DNA of 64,000 bases from the human T2T-CHM13v2.0 reference genome, Homo sapiens. The notes below the pieces were generated by a model that made no database searches, was not told the origin of the DNA, and was given only the letters and a program-made list of their open reading frames with translations. Shown in pieces: positions 55,401 through 64,000 of the stretch. Every line of letters begins with the position of its first letter. Positions within the stretch are counted from its first letter, which is position 1. A program made the position numbers and the translations under genes. The stretch lies in assembly GCF_009914755.1 (NCBI RefSeq), contig NC_060933.1; one strand, given 5' to 3'.

Positions 55401-58400
55401 GTTGAAAAAGGAAATATCTTCCCATAAAAACTAGACAGAAGCATTCTCAGAAACTTGTTTGTGATGTGTGTATTCAACTAACAGAGATGAACCTTTCTTT
55501 TTACAGAGCAGTTTTGAAACACTCTTTTTGTGGAATCTGAAAGTGGATATTTGGATAGCTTTGAGGATTTCGTTGGAAACGGGATTACATATAAAACCTA
55601 GAGAGAAGCATTCTCAGGAACTCCTTTGTGATGTTTGCATTCAAGTCACAGAACTGAACATTCCCTTTCATAGAGCAGGTTTGAAACACTCTTTCTGTAG
55701 TATCTGCAAGCTGACGTTTCAAGCGCTTTCAGGCCTATGGTGAGAAAGGAAATATCTTCAAGTAAAAACTAGACAGAAGCATTCTCAGAAACTTATTTGC
55801 CATGTGTGTTCTCAACTAATAGAGTTGAACCTTTGTTTTGATATGGCATTTTGGAAACACTCTTTTTGTAGAATCTGCAGGTGGATATTCGGATAGCTTT
55901 GAAGGTTTCGTTGGAAACGGGAATATCTTCATATAAAATCTAGACGGAAGCATTCTCAGAAACTGCTTTGTGATGTTTTCATTCAAGTCACAGAGTAGAA
56001 TGTTCCCTGTTATATACCAGGTTTGAGACACTCTTTCTGCACTACCTGGAAGTGGACATTTGCAGCGCTTTGAGGCCTATGATGAAAAAGGAAATATCTT
56101 CCCATAAAAACTAGACAGAAGCATTGTCAGAAACTTGTTTGTGATGTGTGTATTCAACTAACAGAGATGAACCTTTCTTTTTACAGAGCAGTTTTGAAAC
56201 ACTCTTTTTGTGGAATCTGAAAGTGGATATTTGGATAGCTTTGAGGATTTCGTTGGAAACGGGATTACATATAAAATCTAGAGAGAAGCATTCTCAGGAA
56301 CTTCTTTGTGATGTTTGCATTCACGTCACAGAACTGAACATTCCCTTTCATAGAGCATGTTTGAAACACTCTTTCTGTAGTATCTGCAAACGGACATTTC
56401 AAACGCTTTCAGGCCTATGGTGAGAAAGGAAATATCTTCAAATAAAAACTAGACAGAAGCATTCTCAGAAACTTATTTGCGATGTGTGTCCTCAACTAAC
56501 AGAGTTGAACCTTTCTTTTGATACAACATTTTGGAAACACTCTTTTTGTAGAATCTGCAAGTGGATATTTGAATAGCTTTGAAGGTTTCGTTGGAAACGG
56601 GAATATCTTCATATAAAATCAAGACAGAAGCATTCTCAGAAACTTCTCTGTGATGTTTGCATTCAACTCATAGAGTTGAACACTTCCCTTCATACAGCAG
56701 GTTTGAAACACTCTTTTTGTAATATTTGGAAGTGGACATTTGCAGCGCTTTGAGGCCTATGTTGAAAAAGGAAATATCTTCTCCTAAAAACCAGACAGAA
56801 GCATTCTCAGAAACTTCCTTGTGATGTGTGTACTCAAGTAACAGAGTTGAACCTTCCTTTTTACAGAGCAGTTTTGAAACACTCTTTTTGTGGAATCTGA
56901 AAGTGGATATTTGGATAGCTTTGCGGATTTCGTTGGAAACGGGATTACATATAAAATCTAGGGAGAAGCATTCTCAGGAACTTCTTTGTGATGTTTGCAT
57001 TCAAGTCACAGAACTGAACATTCCCTTTCATAGAGCAGGTTTGAAACACTCTTTCTGTAGTATCTGCAAGCGGACGTTTTAAGCGCTTTCAGGCCTGTGG
57101 TGAGAAAGGAAATATCTTCAAATAAAAACTAGACAGAAGCATTCTCAGAAACTTATTTGCGATGTGTGTCCTCAACTAACAGAGTTGAACCTTTCTTTTG
57201 ATACAACATTTTGGAAACACTCTTTTTGTAGAATCTGCAAGTGGATATTTGGATAGCTTTGAAGGTTTCGTTGGAAACGGGAATATCTTCATATGAAATC
57301 AAGACAGAAGCATTCTCAGAAACTTCTCTGTGATGTTTGCATTCAACTCATAGAGTTGAACACTTCCCTTCATACAGCAGGTTTGAAACACTCTTTTTCT
57401 AATATTTGGAAGTGGACATTTGCAGCGCTTTGAGGCCTATGTTGAAAAAGGAAATATCTTCTCCTAAAAACCAGACAGAAGCATTCTCAGAAACTTCCTT
57501 GTGATGTGTGTACTCAAGTAACAGAGTTGAACCTTCCTTTTGACAGAGCAGTTTTGAAGCACTCTTTTTGTAGAATCTGCAAGTGGATATTTTGATACCT
57601 TTGAGGATTTCGTTGGACACGGGATATCTTCATATAAAATCTAGACAGAAGCATTCTCAGAAACTTCTTTGTGCTGTATGTCCTCAATTAACAGAGTTGA
57701 ACCTTTGTGTGGATACAGCATTTTGGAAACATTCCTTTAGTAGAATCTGCAAGTTGATATTTAGATAGCTAGGAAGATTTCCTTGGAAACGGGAATATCT
57801 TCATATAAAATCTAGACGGAAGCATTCTCAGAAAGTGCTTTGTGAAGTTTGCATTCAAGTCACAGAGTTGAATATTCCCTTTTATAGAGCAGGTTTGAAA
57901 CACTCTTTCTGCACTACCTGGAAGTGGACATTTGGAGCGCTTTGAGGCCTATGTTGAAAAAGGAAATATCTTCCCATAAAAACTAGACAGAAGCATTCTC
58001 AGAAACTTGTTTGTGATGTGTGTATTCAACTAACAGAGATGAACCTTTCTTTTTACAGAGCAGTTTTGAAACACTCTTTTTGTGGAATCTGAAAGTGGAT
58101 ATTTGGATAGCTTTGAGGATTTCGTTGGAAACGGGATTACATATAAAACCTAGAGAGAAGCATTCTCAGGAACTCCTTTGTGATGTTTGCATTCAAGTCA
58201 CAGAACTGAACATTCCCTTTCATAGAGCAGGTTTGAAACACTCTTTCTGTAGTATCTGCAAGCTGACGTTTCAAGCGCTTTCAGGCCTATGGTGAGAAAG
58301 GAAATATCTTCAAGTAAAAACTAGACAGAAGCATTCTCAGAAACTTATTTGCCATGTGTGTTCTCAACTAATAGAGTTGAACCTTTGTTTTGATATGGCA

Positions 58401-61400
58401 TTTTGGAAACACTCTTTTTGTAGAATCTGCAGGTGGATATTCGGATAGCTTTGAAGGTTTCGTTGGAAACGGGAATATCTTCATATAAAATCTAGACGGA
58501 AGCATTCTCAGAAACTGCTTTGTGATGTTTTCATTCAAGTCACAGAGTAGAATGTTCCCTGTTATATACCAGGTTTGAGACACTCTTTCTGCACTACCTG
58601 GAAGTGGACATTTGCAGCGCTTTGAGGCCTATGATGAAAAAGGAAATATCTTCCCATAAAAACTAGACAGAAGCATTGTCAGAAACTTGTTTGTGATGTG
58701 TGTATTCAACTAACAGAGATGAACCTTTCTTTTTACAGAGCAGTTTTGAAACACTCTTTTTGTGGAATCTGAAAGTGGATATTTGGATAGCTTTGAGGAT
58801 TTCGTTGGAAACGGGATTACATATAAAATCTAGAGAGAAGCATTCTCAGGAACTTCTTTGTGATGTTTGCATTCACGTCACAGAACTGAACATTCCCTTT
58901 CATAGAGCATGTTTGAAACACTCTTTCTGTAGTATCTGCAAACGGACATTTCAAACGCTTTCAGGCCTATGGTGAGAAAGGAAATATCTTCAAATAAAAA
59001 CTAGACAGAAGCATTCTCAGAAACTTATTTGCGATGTGTGTCCTCAACTAACAGAGTTGAACCTTTCTTTTGATACAACATTTTGGAAACACTCTTTTTG
59101 TAGAATCTGCAAGTGGATATTTGAATAGCTTTGAAGGTTTCGTTGGAAACGGGAATATCTTCATATAAAATCAAGACAGAAGCATTCTCAGAAACTTCTC
59201 TGTGATGTTTGCATTCAACTCATAGAGTTGAACACTTCCCTTCATACAGCAGGTTTGAAACACTCTTTTTGTAATATTTGGAAGTGGACATTTGCAGCGC
59301 TTTGAGGCCTATGTTGAAAAAGGAAATATCTTCTCCTAAAAACCAGACAGAAGCATTCTCAGAAACTTCCTTGTGATGTGTGTACTCAAGTAACAGAGTT
59401 GAACCTTCCTTTTTACAGAGCAGTTTTGAAACACTCTTTTTGTGGAATCTGAAAGTGGATATTTGGATAGCTTTGCGGATTTCGTTGGAAACGGGATTAC
59501 ATATAAAATCTAGGGAGAAGCATTCTCAGGAACTTCTTTGTGATGTTTGCATTCAAGTCACAGAACTGAACATTCCCTTTCATAGAGCAGGTTTGAAACA
59601 CTCTTTCTGTAGTATCTGCAAGCGGACGTTTTAAGCGCTTTCAGGCCTGTGGTGAGAAAGGAAATATCTTCAAATAAAAACTAGACAGAAGCATTCTCAG
59701 AAACTTATTTGCGATGTGTGTCCTCAACTAACAGAGTTGAACCTTTCTTTTGATACAACATTTTGGAAACACTCTTTTTGTAGAATCTGCAAGTGGATAT
59801 TTGGATAGCTTTGAAGGTTTCGTTGGAAACGGGAATATCTTCATATGAAATCAAGACAGAAGCATTCTCAGAAACTTCTCTGTGATGTTTGCATTCAACT
59901 CATAGAGTTGAACACTTCCCTTCATACAGCAGGTTTGAAACACTCTTTTTCTAATATTTGCAAGTGGACATTTGCAGCGCTTTGAGGCCTATGTTGAAAA
60001 AGGAAATATCTTCTCCTAAAAACCAGACAGAAGCATTCTCAGAAACTTCCTTGTGATGTGTGTACTCAAGTAACAGAGTTGAACCTTCCTTTTGACAGAG
60101 CAGTTTTGAAGCACTCTTTTTGTAGAATCTGCAAGTGGATATTTTGATACCTTTGAGGATTTCGTTGGACACGGGATATCTTCATATAAAATCTAGACAG
60201 AAGCATTCTCAGAAACTTCTTTGTGCTGTATGTCCTCAATTAACAGAGTTGAACCTTTGTGTGGATACAGCATTTTGGAAACATTCCTTTAGTAGAATCT
60301 GCAAGTTGATATTTAGATAGCTAGGAAGATTTCCTTGGAAACGGGAATATCTTCATATAAAATCTAGACGGAAGCATTCTCAGAAAGTGCTTTGTGAAGT
60401 TTGCATTCAAGTCACAGAGTTGAATATTCCCTTTTATAGAGCAGGTTTGAAACACTCTTTCTGCACTACCTGGAAGTGGACATTTGGAGCGCTTTGAGGC
60501 CTATGTTGAAAAAGGAAATATCTTCCCATAAAAACTAGACAGAAGCATTCTCAGAAACTTGTTTGTGATGTGTGTATTCAACTAACAGAGATGAACCTTT
60601 CTTTTTACAGAGCAGTTTTGAAACACTCTTTTTGTGGAATCTGAAAGTGGATATTTGGATAGCTTTGAGGATTTCGTTGGAAACGGGATTACATATAAAA
60701 CCTAGAGAGAAGCATTCTCAGGAACTCCTTTGTGATGTTTGCATTCAAGTCACAGAACTGAACATTCCCTTTCATAGAGCAGGTTTGAAACACTCTTTCT
60801 GTAGTATCTGCAAGCTGACGTTTCAAGCGCTTTCAGGCCTATGGTGAGAAAGGAAATATCTTCAAGTAAAAACTAGACAGAAGCATTCTCAGAAACTTAT
60901 TTGCCATGTGTGTTCTCAACTAATAGAGTTGAACCTTTGTTTTGATATGGCATTTTGGAAACACTCTTTTTGTAGAATCTGCAGGTGGATATTCGGATAG
61001 CTTTGAAGGTTTCGTTGGAAACGGGAATATCTTCATATAAAATCTAGACGGAAGCATTCTCAGAAACTGCTTTGTGATGTTTTCATTCAAGTCACAGAGT
61101 AGAATGTTCCCTGTTATATACCAGGTTTGAGACACTCTTTCTGCACTACCTGGAAGTGGACATTTGCAGCGCTTTGAGGCCTATGATGAAAAAGGAAATA
61201 TCTTCCCATAAAAACTAGACAGAAGCATTGTCAGAAACTTGTTTGTGATGTGTGTATTCAACTAACAGAGATGAACCTTTCTTTTTACAGAGCAGTTTTG
61301 AAACACTCTTTTTGTGGAATCTGAAAGTGGATATTTGGATAGCTTTGAGGATTTCGTTGGAAACGGGATTACATATAAAATCTAGAGAGAAGCATTCTCA

Positions 61401-62686
61401 GGAACTTCTTTGTGATGTTTGCATTCACGTCACAGAACTGAACATTCCCTTTCATAGAGCATGTTTGAAACACTCTTTCTGTAGTATCTGCAAACGGACA
61501 TTTCAAACGCTTTCAGGCCTATGGTGAGAAAGGAAATATCTTCAAATAAAAACTAGACAGAAGCATTCTCAGAAACTTATTTGCGATGTGTGTCCTCAAC
61601 TAACAGAGTTGAACCTTTCTTTTGATACAACATTTTGGAAACACTCTTTTTGTAGAATCTGCAAGTGGATATTTGAATAGCTTTGAAGGTTTCGTTGGAA
61701 ACGGGAATATCTTCATATAAAATCAAGACAGAAGCATTCTCAGAAACTTCTCTGTGATGTTTGCATTCAACTCATAGAGTTGAACACTTCCCTTCATACA
61801 GCAGGTTTGAAACACTCTTTTTGTAATATTTGGAAGTGGACATTTGCAGCGCTTTGAGGCCTATGTTGAAAAAGGAAATATCTTCTCCTAAAAACCAGAC
61901 AGAAGCATTCTCAGAAACTTCCTTGTGATGTGTGTACTCAAGTAACAGAGTTGAACCTTCCTTTTTACAGAGCAGTTTTGAAACACTCTTTTTGTGGAAT
62001 CTGAAAGTGGATATTTGGATAGCTTTGCGGATTTCGTTGGAAACGGGATTACATATAAAATCTAGGGAGAAGCATTCTCAGGAACTTCTTTGTGATGTTT
62101 GCATTCAAGTCACAGAACTGAACATTCCCTTTCATAGAGCAGGTTTGAAACACTCTTTCTGTAGTATCTGCAAGCGGACGTTTTAAGCGCTTTCAGGCCT
62201 GTGGTGAGAAAGGAAATATCTTCAAATAAAAACTAGACAGAAGCATTCTCAGAAACTTATTTGCGATGTGTGTCCTCAACTAACAGAGTTGAACCTTTCT
62301 TTTGATACAACATTTTGGAAACACTCTTTTTGTAGAATCTGCAAGTGGATATTTGGATAGCTTTGAAGGTTTCGTTGGAAACGGGAATATCTTCATATGA
62401 AATCAAGACAGAAGCATTCTCAGAAACTTCTCTGTGATGTTTGCATTCAACTCATAGAGTTGAACACTTCCCTTCATACAGCAGGTTTGAAACACTCTTT
62501 TTCTAATATTTGGAAGTGGACATTTGCAGCGCTTTGAGGCCTATGTTGAAAAAGGAAATATCTTCTCCTAAAAACCAGACAGAAGCATTCTCAGAAACTT
62601 CCTTGTGATGTGTGTACTCAAGTAACAGAGTTGAACCTTCCTTTTGACAGAGCAGTTTTGAAGCACTCTTTTTGTAGAATCTGCAA
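52479..62686 (+). repeat. Four near-identical 2552-bp 15-mer HOR units
   Basis: Anchors at 52479, 55031, 57583, 60135 and 62687. Shared marks: GTGAAGTTT, ACTCCTTTG, CTAATAGAG, GCATTGTCAG. Confidence 0.95.
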
Positions 62687-64000
62687 GTGGATATTTTGAT
62701 ACCTTTGAGGATTTCGTTGGACACGGGATATCTTCATATAAAATCTAGACAGAAGCATTCTCAGAAACTTCTTTGTGCTGTATGTCCTCAATTAACAGAG
62801 TTGAACCTTTGTGTGGATACAGCATTTTGGAAACATTCCTTTAGTAGAATCTGCAAGTTGATATTTAGATAGCTAGGAAGATTTCCTTGGAAACGGGAAT
62901 ATCTTCATATAAAATCTAGACGGAAGCATTCTCAGAAAGTGCTTTGTGAAGTTTGCATTCAAGTCACAGAGTTGAATATTCCCTTTTATAGAGCAGGTTT
63001 GAAACACTCTTTCTGCACTACCTGGAAGTGGACATTTGGAGCGCTTTGAGGCCTATGTTGAAAAAGGAAATATCTTCCCATAAAAACTAGACAGAAGCAT
63101 TCTCAGAAACTTGTTTGTGATGTGTGTATTCAACTAACAGAGATGAACCTTTCTTTTTACAGAGCAGTTTTGAAACACTCTTTTTGTGGAATCTGAAAGT
63201 GGATATTTGGATAGCTTTGAGGATTTCGTTGGAAACGGGATTACATATAAAACCTAGAGAGAAGCATTCTCAGGAACTTCTTTGTGATGTTTGCATTCAA
63301 GTCACAGAACTGAACATTCCCTTTCATAGAGCAGGTTTGAAACACTCTTTCTGTAGTATCTGCAAGCTGACGTTTCAAGCGCTTTCAGGCCTATGGTGAG
63401 AAAGGAAATATCTTCAAGTAAAAACTAGACAGAAGCATTCTCAGAAACTTATTTGCCATGTGTGTTCTCAACTAACAGAGTTGAACCTTTGTTTTGATAT
63501 GGCATTTTGGAAACACTCTTTTTGTAGAATCTGCAGGTGGATATTCGGATAGCTTTGAAGGTTTCGTTGGAAACGGGAATATCTTCATATAAAATCTAGA
63601 CGGAAGCATTCTGAGAAACTGCTTTGTGATGTTTTCATTCAAGTCACAGAGTAGAATGTTCCCTGTTATATACCAGGTTTGAGACACTCTTTCTGCACTA
63701 CCTGGAAGTGGACATTTGCAGCGCTTTGAGGCCTATGATGAAAAAGGAAATATCTTCCCATAAAAACTAGACAGAAGCATTCTCAGAAACTTGTTTGTGA
63801 TGTGTGTATTCAACTAACAGAGATGAACCTTTCTTTTTACAGAGCAGTTTTGAAACACTCTTTTTGTGGAATCTGAAAGTGGATATTTGGATAGCTTTGA
63901 GGATTTCGTTGGAAACGGGATTACATATAAAACCTAGAGAGAAGCATTCTCAGGAACTTCTTTGTGATGTTTGCATTCACGTCACAGAACTGAACATTCC

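Larger units (their letters stand above)
1..64000 (+). repeat. Centromeric alpha-satellite HOR array (SF2-type, probably human chr4 D4Z1 / S2C4H1L)
   Basis: About 171-bp monomers delimited by AGAAGCATTCTCAGAAA throughout. Monomers carrying TTCGTTGGAAACGGGA (CENP-B box) alternate with monomers carrying GGCCTATG(T/G/A)TGA(A/G)AAAGGAA (A box). HOR copies are near-identical. The alpha-satellite call is essentially certain. The D4Z1 assignment rests on the 3232-bp 19-mer and is less certain (about 0.7); related SF2 arrays such as D9Z4, D8Z2 and D15Z3 are alternatives. Confidence 0.99.

Noticed and set aside
251-63687. Recurrent 61-91 aa ORFs on both strands (MYSTNRDE..., MSQTWY..., MSNEIL..., MDILIP...)
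   Set aside because: These are chance open frames in satellite monomers. Many begin at non-ATG codons (GTG), recur only because the DNA repeats, are freely broken by SNPs (for example 19379 and 7259) and show no recognisable domain.
1-64000. CRISPR-like regular repeat (AGAAGCATTCTCAGAAA every 171 bp)
   Set aside because: The intervening sequences are homologous to one another rather than unique spacers, and there are no cas genes. The motif is a conserved part of the alpha-satellite monomer.
1-64000. Transposon insertion, inversion or non-satellite island
   Set aside because: All anchor spacings are explained by whole numbers of monomers and the ORF pattern keeps one orientation. No poly-A tail, target-site duplication or foreign sequence was seen.
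1-64000. A previously undescribed biological system
   Set aside because: Everything present is accounted for by known alpha-satellite organisation. Any novelty is limited to the specific structural variants and haplotype history reported above.

Overview
The whole 64 kb window is one uninterrupted, head-to-tail, single-orientation array of primate (human-type) centromeric alpha-satellite. Monomers are about 171 bp, and CENP-B-box (B-type) monomers alternate with pJalpha-box (A-type) monomers, as in suprachromosomal family 2. Higher-order repeats (HORs) consist of one 512-bp trimer plus a variable number of 680-bp tetramers. Measured between the 24 copies of the unique trimer, the 23 complete units are 15x 2552 bp (15-mer), 2x 3232 bp (19-mer), 3x 3912 bp (23-mer), 2x 1873 bp (11-mer + 1 bp) and 1x 2210 bp (13-mer). 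A 3232-bp 19-mer with 15-mer variants best fits the chromosome 4 active array D4Z1 (S2C4H1L), recalled from the literature and not verified by alignment. I see no genes, RNA genes, transposons, CRISPR arrays or inversions, and the ORF track is an artefact of the repeat. I found no new biological system. The interesting signal is the array's recombination history: macro-repeats of 5.1, 5.8 and 14.5 kb, two different 15-mers of identical length, a short conversion-like patch, hybrid monomers and CENP-B box variants.
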